DNA of 64,000 nucleotides. Origin: an uncultured Actinomycetes bacterium. GTDB taxonomy: Bacteria; Actinomycetota; Thermoleophilia; Gaiellales; Gaiellaceae. Location: positions 142,207 through 206,206 of the forward strand of contig CAVYZH010000005.1 of assembly GCA_963772975.1 (NCBI GenBank). Reading direction: 5' to 3'. Below, piece by piece: positions 1-8,386 of this stretch. Position 1 is the first letter of the stretch; every line of letters starts with the position of its first letter. A program made the translations under genes and the position numbers. The notes beneath the pieces were generated by a model, which ran no database searches, had not been told where the DNA came from, and was given only the letters and a program-made list of their open reading frames with translations.

Positions 1-1351
1 GCAGGAGGTCGTGACTCCACGCGATCGTCCCTCGTAGCGTCCGCTGGCGGGCGTCAGTGTCCTGCGCTCCGCCCGTCAACAGGGGCAGACGCTGGTCGAG
101 ACGGCGCAGCAGCGCGGGAGGCGTGAGTGTCCGCACCCGCGGCGCGGCGAGCTCGATCGCCAGCGGCAGGCCGTCGAGCCTGACGACGATCTCCGCCACG
201 GCCTCCGCATTCACGTTGCTGAGGGTGAAGTCGGCGGCCGCGGCGCGCGCGCGCTCGACGAACAGCCGAACCGACTCGAAGTCCACGACCTCCTCGGCGA
301 CCGCAGGCCGCCGCAGGTCGGGCACGGCGAGCTGCGGGACGCGATGCGCGTGCTCGGCCAGCAGGCGCAAGGGCATCCTGCTCGTGACGAGCGCATGGAG
401 GTCCGGCGCGGACTCGAGCAGCCCGGCCACGGCGGGCGCGGCCGCGAACACGTGCTCGAAATTGTCGAGCACGAGCAGCAGCTCCTTCTCCTGGAGGTAC
501 TCGGTGAGGGTCTCTAGCGAAGTCTCCCCCGGCTGCTCGCGCAGGCCGAGCGTCCGCAAGATCGTAGGCACCACAAGCTCCCAGTCCCGGATCGGCGCCA
601 GCGAGACGAAGAAGACGCCGTTGCGGAACTGCTCGAGCACGTTCCACGCGAGCTGGAGCGCGAGCCGGGTCTTGCCGGTGCCCCCCGGCCCGATCAGGGT
701 GAGCAGCCGCACGTCGTCCCGCTCGAGCAGAGCGCGCGTCTCGGCGAGCTCGCGCTCACGCCCGATGAAGGCGTTCGGCTGTGTGGGCAGGTTCGTCGGC
801 CGGTTGTCGAGCGACGCCAGCGGCGGGAAATCGCTGGGCAAGCCCTCGAGTTCGAGCTGGTACAGCCGCTGCGGCCGCAAGATGTCCTTCAGCCGGTGCT
901 CGCCGAGGTCGCGGAGGTGCGTGTCGTCTTCGAGCAGCGCCTGGGTCGACTCCGAGACCACCACCTGGCCGCCGTGGGCGACCGCCATCACGCGCGCGGC
1001 CTGGTGGACGTCGAGCCCGACGTAGCGGCCCTCGACAACCCGCGGCTCCCCAGTGTGCAGGCCCATACGCACGCGGATCTCGTTCTCGTCCACCCAGTCG
1101 TGCGAGACGAGCGCGCGCTGGGCGTCGGCAGCCGCGGCGACCGCGTCCTTGGCAGAGGCGAACGCGACGAAGAAGGCGTCACCTTCCCGGTCGACGACCA
1201 CACCTCGATGCGCGAGAAACGCCTGCTCCAGCAACGAGCGATGCTGAGCGAGGAGCCCCGCGTAGGCGTCGCCGACCCGGCGCAGCAGGCGCGTCGAGCC
1301 CTCGATGTCCGTGAAGAGCAGGGTGATCGTGCCGATCGGAAGCTCGGCCAT
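1..1351 (-). CDS. Class III adenylate/guanylate cyclase domain fused to an NB-ARC/AAA-type signalling ATPase; partial, C-terminus lies beyond the window start
   Basis: Not in the ORF track because there is no stop inside the window. Reverse translation from ATG at 1351 gives MAELPIGTITLLFTDIEGSTRLLRRVGDAYAGLLAQHRSLL...GDAFFVAFASAKDAV...RVRMGLHTGEP (cyclase motifs). It continues with LIGPGGTGKTRLALQLAW (Walker A), LLLVLDNFEHV and RLDGLPLAIELAA. GC3 is high throughout. Confidence 0.85.
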   Translation of the reverse strand, partial: MAELPIGTITLLFTDIEGSTRLLRRVGDAYAGLLAQHRSLLEQAFLAHRGVVVDREGDAFFVAFASAKDAVAAAADAQRALVSHDWVDENEIRVRMGLHTGEPRVVEGRYVGLDVHQAARVMAVAHGGQVVVSESTQALLEDDTHLRDLGEHRLKDILRPQRLYQLELEGLPSDFPPLASLDNRPTNLPTQPNAFIGRERELAETRALLERDDVRLLTLIGPGGTGKTRLALQLAWNVLEQFRNGVFFVSLAPIRDWELVVPTILRTLGLREQPGETSLETLTEYLQEKELLLVLDNFEHVFAAAPAVAGLLESAPDLHALVTSRMPLRLLAEHAHRVPQLAVPDLRRPAVAEEVVDFESVRLFVERARAAAADFTLSNVNAEAVAEIVVRLDGLPLAIELAAPRVRTLTPPALLRRLDQRLPLLTGGAQDTDARQRTLRGTIAWSHDLL

Positions 1352-1377
1352 GGCCCGTCAACTATCGCGCCTCTGAG

Positions 1378-1554
1378 CTACGTGCGCTTGATCGTGATCA
1401 GGTCGAGCAGCAGCAGCGGCCAGAGCAGGATCGCCAGGATCGCGGCGACGACCCCGTGCACGCCGTGCACGTGCTCGAAGTAGTGCCGCTCGGCGGCGAC
1501 GGCGACGCCGATACCGAAATAGATCAGCACGAGCAATGGGGGGAACCTGCGCAC
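1378..1554 (-). CDS. Small hydrophobic protein (58 aa), unknown function
   Basis: C-terminal part of track ORF 1378..2502, starting at GTG 1554: VRRFPPLLVLIYFGIGVAVAAERHYFEHVHGVHGVVAAILAILLWPLLLLDLITIKRT. It has two TM-like segments and fills the gap between the cyclase gene and chaA. Confidence 0.4.
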   Translation of the reverse strand: MRRFPPLLVLIYFGIGVAVAAERHYFEHVHGVHGVVAAILAILLWPLLLLDLITIKRT

Positions 1555-1583
1555 GACGCACCCCTTACCCGGCGCGGGTGAAG

Positions 1584-2603
1584 TTATTCGTAGAACGCGA
1601 GCACGGCCACGATCACGTAGAAGGCGATCAGGGCGACGCCCTCGAACCTTGTCGCCTCGCCGTCGGCGGTGATCTGCCAGAGCGCGACCGCGGTCAGCGC
1701 CAGCGCGCCGATGTAGACGGGCCCGAGGTTGAACGTGAGATGCGTTGAGAACAGCAGCGAGACGAGCACGAGCGCCGGGAACAGGAAAGCGGTGATCTGG
1801 GCGACCGAATTCTTGACGACCGAGATTGCCAGGTCGGCCTCGCCCTTCAACGCGAGCACGATGCCGGTCGTGTTCTCGACTGCATTGCCCGCGATCCCGA
1901 CCACCACGATGCCCGCGAAGGCCTGCGAGACGCCGATTTCCTCCATCGCCGGCGTCAGCGCGGTGACGAACCAGTCGGAGACGAAGGCCGCCCCCACTCC
2001 GGCGGCCGCCAGGAGCGCCAGCGCGAGCCTCATCGAAACGCGCGGCGCCCCCTCGACGGCCATGCTCGGCAGGTCCGAGCGGAGGTAGTCGTTCAGCCAG
2101 ACGCCGTAGGTCAGGAGCAGGGCGATCGCGCCGACGATCGAGATTGCCTCGACGTGGTGCGAGGCGTTGTCCCCGGTGGCCGCGGACAGGCCGATCAGCA
2201 CGATCAGGAAGCTCGTGAGCAGGACCAAGACCGCGTTGTCCTTCGGCAGGCGCGTCTGGAAGCGCATCACGCCTTCCGGGCTCGCGTGGCAGCCGGCCAG
2301 GATCACTATCCCGAGCACGAGCAGCGCGTTGGCGAAGATCGAGCCGAGGATAGAGGACTTCGCGACCACGAGCTCGCCGGCCGAGAGCGCGAACAAGACG
2401 ATGAAGAACTCGGGCAGGTTCCCGAGCGTCGACTGCAGCACGCCGGTCACGGCCGGCCCGTAGTGCTGCCCGACCCGCTCGGTCGAGAAGGAGACGATCC
2501 ACGCGAGCCCGGCCAGGGCGACCGTGGCGAGCCCGAAGGTGACCAGCGGCGTCGCGTCGGTGAAATGGGCGACCGCCGCCGCGGCCGTGAAGGCCGCCGT
2601 CAC
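1584..2603 (-). CDS. chaA: Ca2+/H+ (cation/proton) antiporter, CaCA/ChaA family
   Basis: 339-aa polytopic ORF with the two alpha-repeat signatures GNLPEFFIVLFALSAGE and GNAVENTTGIVLALKGE. Confidence 0.9.
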   Translation of the reverse strand: MTAAFTAAAAVAHFTDATPLVTFGLATVALAGLAWIVSFSTERVGQHYGPAVTGVLQSTLGNLPEFFIVLFALSAGELVVAKSSILGSIFANALLVLGIVILAGCHASPEGVMRFQTRLPKDNAVLVLLTSFLIVLIGLSAATGDNASHHVEAISIVGAIALLLTYGVWLNDYLRSDLPSMAVEGAPRVSMRLALALLAAAGVGAAFVSDWFVTALTPAMEEIGVSQAFAGIVVVGIAGNAVENTTGIVLALKGEADLAISVVKNSVAQITAFLFPALVLVSLLFSTHLTFNLGPVYIGALALTAVALWQITADGEATRFEGVALIAFYVIVAVLAFYE

Positions 2604-3272
2604 CGCGACCAGCGGCCAGATCCTGCTCAGCGGTTCACGCCCGGGCGCATCGGCCCGAAGTATGAGACCAGCGCGGTACTGCTGCTAGCTGTGGACCCGG
2701 GCGAGCGTCTTCTGAGACGCCTACAGGACGATCCTCGGGATGGGCACGAAGTACAGCGGGAGCCCGTAGGGCTGCCCCTTCGTCAACGCCGGGCGAAGAA
2801 CGTCTTCACCTCCGCGGCCTTGCTCGTCTTTAGCGGGACGATCGCCCACGTGAGAGGTGCAAGTCGGATCCCCCGATGTCGGCGGCGCTGCCGTTCAAGG
2901 TTGGCTATCGGGCGATGGCGAAGCTTCCTCCTGAACGTTCGGCCGGTTGACCGTTTAGCCCGCGGCGCCGAACAATGGTCTCGCGCCGCGTCGACGCGCC
3001 GCAGGAAGTGGGAGAGCACGTGGGGTGCTGCGGCACATCCGTGTTTTCGCAGGCAGCGTCGACGCGGCGTCCATCGCATCTACGCCGCCGCAAGAAGCGG
3101 ACGCCGGTGTAGCCACACCCGGGTACGGTCGTGTGCCGCTTTCCCCAGCCCGTCGAGATCGCGGCGAGAGTGGTTACCCATCTACGTGCCTCGCCGCGCG
3201 CCCTCGGGCTGATGGCTGCGTGTCGGAAACGGACACTAGGCGGCCGTTGCTCTCGGGCATAAGGCTCGAGCC

Positions 3273-3320
3273 GAGCCGGGTCGCGTGGCAGCGCCCAGGC
3301 GTTCGGCTGGCCGCCCGGCC
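3273..3320 (-). repeat. 48-nt hairpin-forming extragenic repeat, copy A (immediately 3' of ORF 3323..3682)
   Basis: 42/48 identical by hand alignment to 3776..3823. On the minus strand it folds as AGCCGA-AC-GCC-T-GGG...CCC-GGC-TCGGCT. Confidence 0.65.
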
Positions 3321-3322
3321 AC

Positions 3323-3682
3323 TCAGGCTTGCTGGTACGCGTAGGCGAGCTCCTCAGTGTCTTCGTCCCGTCGGAAGCGAAGCTCATACCAATAGGTTCT
3401 CCGGGCGCGCGGCATGGGTTCCCACCCGTCGGCGAGGAGATCGGCTCTAAGCGCAGCAAGTGCAGCGCGTGCCCGCGGATCGACGTCCAGAGGCTCGCTG
3501 TGCTCCCACGGAAAGTGCCAAATTGGAAAGAAGGGTGAAGCGCGGAGCGCTCGATCGTCCCCTTGCTCCCGCGCGTAGAACTGCGCTTTCACGTAGCCAC
3601 GCCAGAGCGCTATCGAGCACTGTTCTTCTGGCCTTGTCGTCACGACCTCCGTGGAACGGATCAAGCCACCCGAGCGCCGCAT
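3323..3682 (-). CDS. Hypothetical protein (119 aa)
   Basis: Protein-like composition (CSIALWRGYVKAQFYAREQGDD...GWEPMPRARRTYWYELRFRRDEDTEELAYAYQQA). No recognisable domain. Confidence 0.55.
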   Translation of the reverse strand: MRRSGGLIRSTEVVTTRPEEQCSIALWRGYVKAQFYAREQGDDRALRASPFFPIWHFPWEHSEPLDVDPRARAALAALRADLLADGWEPMPRARRTYWYELRFRRDEDTEELAYAYQQA

Positions 3683-3775
3683 CCCCTAAGGCTTGAACCC
3701 CGTCTTCCGTCGAACTGTGGAATGAACATGATCGCTAACAAGATCCGAGGAGGCAACTAACCCTGGCCGAACGGT

Positions 3776-3823
3776 GAGCCCGGTCGCGTTGCAGCGCCCG
3801 GGCGTTCGGGTCGCCGCCCGGCG
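3776..3823 (-). repeat. 48-nt hairpin-forming extragenic repeat, copy B (13 nt 3' of ORF 3836..4081)
   Basis: 42/48 identical to 3273..3320. Minus-strand fold: CCGAACG-CCCGG-(GCGCTGCAACGCGA)-CCGGG-ctcac-CGTTCGG. Confidence 0.65.
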
Positions 3824-3835
3824 CGTCGAATTGGA

Positions 3836-4081
3836 CTAGACGAACGTGAACACTGCGGCGGCGCCGGGAACCTCGCCGTTGGCTGATTGCACGGCCGCGC
3901 GGGCGTTCTGCTCGTCGTCGATGATCGGCAGCTCGATCTCGAATCGACCGCCGCCTTGCGCGAACTCGCCGGGGTTCTCGACGCGCACCGTCCACCCCCG
4001 CTCGGTGACGATGTTTCCAAAGGTGGTAAACGCCCGAACCACGTCTTCGGTGGAGCCCTCTGCTTGCATCTCAACACGCAT
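3836..4081 (-). CDS. Hypothetical small protein (81 aa)
   Basis: MRVEMQAEGSTEDVVRAFTTFGNIVTERGWTVRVENPGEFAQGGGRFEIELPIIDDEQNARAAV.... Balanced composition, no recognised domain. Confidence 0.5.
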   Translation of the reverse strand: MRVEMQAEGSTEDVVRAFTTFGNIVTERGWTVRVENPGEFAQGGGRFEIELPIIDDEQNARAAVQSANGEVPGAAAVFTFV

Positions 4082-4249
4082 GGCTTCGCACCCTAGCCGT
4101 AGCCCGCATGGCCGAACGAGCCGACTAGCCAGGCGGCCGACCCGCGGCGAGGACGGCTGAGATCCAGTCGCCCGTGTTCATCGCTTGGGCATACATCGAC
4201 TGAGTCTAGAACTCTGGTCGCCTTGCCGACTAGCGCGACCTCCGGATCG

Positions 4250-4280
4250 GCTCGGCTATCGTCGTAGCTCTCAGCCGAGC
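4250..4280 (-). terminator. Stem-loop 8 nt downstream of ORF 4288..4563 (no U-tract)
   Basis: Perfect 8-bp arms GCTCGGCT (4250-4257) and AGCCGAGC (4273-4280) with a 15-nt loop. Confidence 0.3.
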
Positions 4281-4287
4281 GGTGCCG

Positions 4288-4563
4288 TTAGTACGAAATC
4301 GCCTCTGCCTGCTCGACAATGGTTGGCTGGACTTTGACCGTGACACCCGGCCGCTCAAGCACGCCTGAGTCGATCAACGCCTGGCGAAAGGTCTTCGCCT
4401 CCTCGACTGACGGGAAATCGGTGCGGATGAAGATGACGTTCGGGTCATCGACGCTCCGCGAGATGGTGTGCCCTGTTGCGCTCTGCTTTCGACCGGCGGG
4501 GTCGGAGTCGAAGAGCGGCTTCCATGAGTCGTAGTCGTCAACCACTATGTGCATCAACATCAT
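4288..4563 (-). CDS. Small soluble protein of unknown function (about 91 aa)
   Basis: Track ORF 4288..4635. I prefer the internal ATG at 4563 (MMLMHIVVDDYDSWKPLFDSDPAGRKQSATGHTISRSVDDPNVIFIRTDFPSVEEAKTFRQAL...), which follows GAGAGGAGA. The start is uncertain (4635, 4563 or 4560). Confidence 0.55.
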   Translation of the reverse strand: MMLMHIVVDDYDSWKPLFDSDPAGRKQSATGHTISRSVDDPNVIFIRTDFPSVEEAKTFRQALIDSGVLERPGVTVKVQPTIVEQAEAISY

Positions 4564-4717
4564 GGCCACGGGGGAAGTCTCCTCTCGGATTCTGGCTGGG
4601 CGAGCAGCCGAAATGACGATCCGGCGTGGGATCATACGACTCCGTCCTTCAGCGGTGGTGACCGTTAGCAGCGGGTTAGCAAAACGAGCCGCAAACCCGC
4701 ATGGTTACGCGCCGTTT

Positions 4718-5764
4718 CTAGAAGAGCTGGTTCTCGCCGGCGAAGATGGCGGAGACCGAGTCGTCGGCGAAGACGTTCAAGATCGTCTCCGCCAGCAGGC
4801 CCGAGACGGGCAGCACGTCGATCTTTGCCGGCCGGTTGACCGGGTCGATCGGAACGGTGTTGGTCACCGTGATGTGCTTGATCTTGCTGGCCGCGAGCTT
4901 CTCGAACGCATTGCCGGGGAAGAGGCCGTGCGTGGCGCAGGCATAGACCTCGGTTGCGCCGGCCTCGAGCAGCGCCTCGGCGCCCGCGATCAGGGTGCCG
5001 CCGGTGACGACGATGTCGTCGCTCATGATCGCGACCTTGCCCTCGACCCGGCCGATCACCTCCGTCACCGAGGCCTCGTCGTGACCAGGGCGCGTCTTGT
5101 TCAGGATCGCGAGGTCGCCCTCGAGCATCTGGCCGAAGCGGCGCGCCATCTTGGCCCGGCCCGGGTCGGGCGAGACGGCGACGATGCCTTCGCCCTGCAG
5201 CCCCTTGTCGCGGAAGTACTGGGCGAAGAGCTGCAGCGCGGTCATGTGGTCGACGGGAATCGAGAAGAACCCCTGGATCTGGCCCGCGTGCAGGTCCATC
5301 GTCACCACACGGTCGGCGCCGGCGCTCTCCAGCGCGTCGGCGACCAGCTTGGCGGTGATCGGCTCACGCGGGGCCGACTTCTTGTCCTGGCGCGAGTACG
5401 GGAACCAGGGGATCACGGCCGTGATCCGCTTGGCCGAAGCGAGCTTCGCCGCCTGGATCATGATCAGCAGCTCGACCAGGTGGTCGTTCACCGGCTGATT
5501 GCCCGACTGGACGATGAAGACGTCGCCGCCGCGGATCGAGTCGCGGTAGCGCACGTAGGTCTCGCCGTTGGCGAAGGTCTTCAGCTTGACGTCGCCGAGA
5601 TGCACGCCGAGCTTCTCGGCGATCTGCTCGGCCAGCTCAGGGTTCGAGCGGCCGGAGAAGAGCATCAGCCGCTTCTGCGGGCCGCGCTCGATCCAGGGCG
5701 TGCGCTCGCTCATCGGCAGCACGGGCTCGACGGTCTCGAGCCCCGGCAACGTCGCCTCACTCAT
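4718..5764 (-). CDS. prs: Ribose-phosphate pyrophosphokinase
   Basis: LMLFSGRSNPELAEQIAEKLGV..., ...VTMDLHAGQIQGFF..., ...DDIVVTGGTL.... The start may instead be the internal Met at 5713. There is an 8-nt overlap with the glmU stop. Confidence 0.95.
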   Translation of the reverse strand: MSEATLPGLETVEPVLPMSERTPWIERGPQKRLMLFSGRSNPELAEQIAEKLGVHLGDVKLKTFANGETYVRYRDSIRGGDVFIVQSGNQPVNDHLVELLIMIQAAKLASAKRITAVIPWFPYSRQDKKSAPREPITAKLVADALESAGADRVVTMDLHAGQIQGFFSIPVDHMTALQLFAQYFRDKGLQGEGIVAVSPDPGRAKMARRFGQMLEGDLAILNKTRPGHDEASVTEVIGRVEGKVAIMSDDIVVTGGTLIAGAEALLEAGATEVYACATHGLFPGNAFEKLAASKIKHITVTNTVPIDPVNRPAKIDVLPVSGLLAETILNVFADDSVSAIFAGENQLF

Positions 5765-7094
5765 CCTCCTGCTCCCGCTTTCGTCGCACGTAGCCTTCCT
5801 TGTTCTCCTGCCGCGCCCGCCCGACCGCGAGCGACTCGGGCGGCACGTCCTCGGTGATCACCGAGCCCGCGCCGATCCACGCGTCGTCGCCGATCTCCAC
5901 GGGCGCGACGAACGCATTGTGGACGCCGGTCCTGACGTTGCGCCCGATCGTCGTCCGGCCTTTCGGCTCGCCGGGCTGATGAGGGTAGTTGACGGTGATG
6001 TTGCCCGCCGCGATGTTCGTGTCCGCCCCGATCTCCGCGTCTCCGATGTACGACTGGTGGGGCACCTTCGTTCGTTCCCCGATGCGCGAGTTCTTGATTT
6101 CCACGAACGCGCCTGCCTTCGCGCCCGTCTCCAGCACCGTTCCGGGGCGAAGGTAACAGAAGGGGCCGACCAGTGTGTCGGAGCCGATCTCCGCGTCGAC
6201 GGCGACCACGTGCGGGCCGACGTCGGCGCCAGCAGCGACGCGCGTACCGCCGCGCAGTACCGTGAAGGGCTGGATCGTGCAATCGGGCTCCAGCGCGACG
6301 GTCGGGTCGATCCAGGTCGTCGCCGGGTCGACGATCGTCGCACCGGCCAGCATGTGGTAGTGGTTGATCCGGTCGCGCAGCACGGCCGCGGCCGCTGCGA
6401 GCTCGGCGCGCGTGTTGACGCCCTCCGCCTCGGTTGGGTCGTCGGCCATGTGCACGGCGACGCGCTCCCCGGCCGCGACAAGGTCGCGCACGGTGTCGGT
6501 CAGGTAGAGCTCGCCCTGCACGTTCTGCGGGGTCAGGCGTTCGAGCGCCGGCCAAAGCTTGGCGGCCTCGAAGACGTAGATCGAGGAGTTGACCTCTCGG
6601 ATCTCGAGCTCCTGCTCGTTCGCGTCGCGCGCTTCGACGATCGCCTGCAGCGCGCCGCCGCCGTTCCGGACGATGCGGCCGTAGGCGCCCGGGTCGGGCG
6701 GCTCGAAGGAGAGCACCGTCGCGGCGGCGCCGGCGGAGCGGTGCGTCTCGAGCAGCGCGGCCAGGAGCTCGCTCGTGATCGTCGCCGCGTCGCCGGTCAC
6801 GACGAGCACGTCGCCGTCGAAGCCTTCGAGGCTGGCGCGGGCCGCGGCGGTGGCGTCGCCGGTTCCGCGCGGCGTCTCCTGCACGGCGACTGTCTCGCCT
6901 TCGAAGGCCTCGCGCGCGTCGGGCGAAGTGACGACCACGAGCGGCTCGGGTCCGAGCGCCCGCACGGCCTCGATCACCCAGTCGGCGAGCCGCCGTCCGA
7001 GCAGCGGGTGTAGATGCTTCGGCCTAGCCGAATGCATCCGCGTTCCCAGTCCGGCTGCCAAGATGACGGCCGCGAGCTTCGGCACGGTTACCAA
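5757..7094 (-). CDS. glmU: Bifunctional UDP-N-acetylglucosamine pyrophosphorylase / glucosamine-1-phosphate N-acetyltransferase
   Basis: AAVILAAGLGTRMHSARPKHLHPLLG at the N-terminus and left-handed beta-helix hexapeptide repeats at the C-terminus. TTG start. Confidence 0.95.
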   Translation of the reverse strand: MVTVPKLAAVILAAGLGTRMHSARPKHLHPLLGRRLADWVIEAVRALGPEPLVVVTSPDAREAFEGETVAVQETPRGTGDATAAARASLEGFDGDVLVVTGDAATITSELLAALLETHRSAGAAATVLSFEPPDPGAYGRIVRNGGGALQAIVEARDANEQELEIREVNSSIYVFEAAKLWPALERLTPQNVQGELYLTDTVRDLVAAGERVAVHMADDPTEAEGVNTRAELAAAAAVLRDRINHYHMLAGATIVDPATTWIDPTVALEPDCTIQPFTVLRGGTRVAAGADVGPHVVAVDAEIGSDTLVGPFCYLRPGTVLETGAKAGAFVEIKNSRIGERTKVPHQSYIGDAEIGADTNIAAGNITVNYPHQPGEPKGRTTIGRNVRTGVHNAFVAPVEIGDDAWIGAGSVITEDVPPESLAVGRARQENKEGYVRRKREQEDE

Positions 7095-7099
7095 GCTGA

Positions 7100-7170
7100 C
7101 TGGGCCGCCAGGATTCGAACCTGGGATCGCGGGACCAAAACCCGCTGCCTTACCGCTTGGCTACGGCCCA
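7100..7170 (-). tRNA. tRNA-Gln (anticodon UUG)
   Basis: Minus strand reads TGGGCCG-TA-GCCAAGCGGTAAGGC-A-GCGGG-TTTTGGT-CCCGC-GATC-CCAGG-TTCGAAT-CCTGG-CGGCCCA-G. Full cloverleaf; no encoded CCA. Confidence 0.9.
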
Positions 7171-7183
7171 TCGCGGCGCAAGC

Positions 7184-7561
7184 TTAGCCTCGGTCCGAGA
7201 AGAGGAACAGGAGTGCGATCGCCGCGAAGATGGCGGCGAGCAGCAGCGCGAGCCAGTTGAGGATGAAGGCCAGGATCACGACCACGACCGCGAGGGCCTG
7301 CGAGGCGCCCGCGATCCAGAGCACCTGCCTGGCGGTGTGCGACCGGGCGTTCCGGCCCCAGAAGAGGTAGAGCGCCAGGATCGGGATCGCGAGCGCGATC
7401 ACCGTCCAGCGGGAGAGATCGTGGGCGAACGCGACGACGATGCCCTCGAGCACCGCGATCCAGAGCGTGATCCGGATCCGCCGGTGCTGCAGCCAGCGGC
7501 CGAGACGCGTCGTTCCGTGTTCGACCGTGGCTCGCTGCTCGAGCGATTCGTTGGCGCTCAT
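7184..7561 (-). CDS. Small integral membrane protein (125 aa)
   Basis: ATG at 7561: MSANESLEQRATVEHGTTRLGRWLQHRRIRITLWIAVLEGIVVAFAHDLSRWTVIALAIPILALYLFWG..., with 3-4 TM segments. It is the tail of the chimeric 858-aa track ORF. Confidence 0.6.
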   Translation of the reverse strand: MSANESLEQRATVEHGTTRLGRWLQHRRIRITLWIAVLEGIVVAFAHDLSRWTVIALAIPILALYLFWGRNARSHTARQVLWIAGASQALAVVVVILAFILNWLALLLAAIFAAIALLFLFSDRG

Positions 7562-7566
7562 CGTGC

Positions 7567-8386
7567 TCAACCGTACCAAGTGGGAACGGTGACCCAGGTG
7601 CGCCCGAGGGCCCGCAGATCGCGCTCGGCGGCCGCGGCCTGCGCGCGGTGCAGGAAGAGTCCGTAGACGGCCGGTCCGGCCCCGCTGACGTCGGCGCGGA
7701 AGGCGCCGAGCTCGAGCAACCGTTCCGCATGCGGCGACGCGGCGAGGTCGTTCGGCGGCAGTTCTGCCAGATCGCGCGGGCGCTTCGCCTGGGCCAGCGT
7801 CGTCGCGCAGGCGCACCCGCCGTTCCTCGAAGCCGGCTGCGCCGTCGCGACGGTCGAAGTCGGCGTAGACGTCGGCCGTCGACGGCTTGCGCTGGTCGTG
7901 CGGCAGCAGCAGCACAACCCAGTAATCCTGTGGCAGCTCCAGCCGCCCGAGCTCGGTGCCGATGCCGGTGCCTAGCTGCGGGCCTGACGTGAGGAAGAAG
8001 GGGACGTCGGCGCCGAGCCCGGCCGCGAGCCCGTGCAGGCACTCCGGCGAGAGCGGCTGGGCGAGGGTCTCGTTGGCGAGCCTGAGCGCGGTCGCAGCGT
8101 CGGAGCTGCCGCCGCCGAGGCCGGCCGCGACGGGGACGTGCTTCCAGATCCGCGCGTGCCAGCGCGGCTCCCTGTTCGCAGCCTCGGCCAGCCGCTCGAG
8201 CGCGGCACGGACGAGCGTGTCCTCGGCGAAGCCCTCGACCCGGAGCTCGGCCGCCGGCTCGATCGAGACGCGGTCGGCCAGGTCGATCCGCTGGAGGACG
8301 GTCGCGACTTCGTGCCGGCCGTCTTCGCGAAGCGGCCCGACGACGAGTGCCAGGTTCAGCTTTGCGGGCGCGGGCGCGCGGTTCAC
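7567..8386 (-). pseudogene. ispE: 4-diphosphocytidyl-2-C-methyl-D-erythritol kinase (IspE) interrupted by one frameshift (real or assembly error)
   Basis: GTG 8386 overlaps the rsmA stop (GTGA). N-terminal frame: VNRAPAPAKLNLALVVGPLREDGRHEV...VPVAAGLGGGSSDAAT...STADVYADFDRRDGAAGFEERR. C-terminal part lies in the frame of track ORF 7567..7917: ...TLAQAKRPRDLAELPPNDLAASPHAERLLELGAFRADVSGAGPAVYGLF.... Span is 820 nt (not a multiple of 3). The switch lies at about 7798-7820. Confidence 0.8.

Noticed and set aside
57-1483. Track ORFs 57..1025(+), 781..1314(+), 896..1483(+) and 54..647(-)
   Set aside because: Their translations are Arg/Ala/Ser/Pro-rich and low in complexity. All overlap the clearly conserved minus-strand cyclase-ATPase gene, so they are typical GC-driven shadow ORFs.
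2724-3079. Possible gene remnant upstream of chaA (minus-strand peptides ...TWAIVPLKTSKAAEVKTFFARR stop, and LTKGQPYGLPLYFVPIPRIVL stop, in adjacent frames); track ORFs 2783..3079 and 2905..3459
   Set aside because: The peptide fragments look protein-like, but I cannot assign them to any family. The longer ORFs are Arg-rich and low in complexity. I left the region unannotated.
2937-4290. Integron gene-cassette array (attC sites) interpretation of the 48-nt repeats
   Set aside because: The cores GCCGAAC/GTTCGGC only partly fit RYYYAAC/GTTRRRY. The elements (about 45-50 nt) are shorter than typical attC sites. No intI or attI is present, and only two good copies exist. I kept it as a repeat/hairpin finding only.
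4547-7013. Long plus-strand ORFs 4547..5857 (436 aa) and 5568..7013 (481 aa)
   Set aside because: They are antisense to prs and glmU, which have unmistakable motifs. Their translations are Arg/Asp/Gly/Val-rich with no domain signal.
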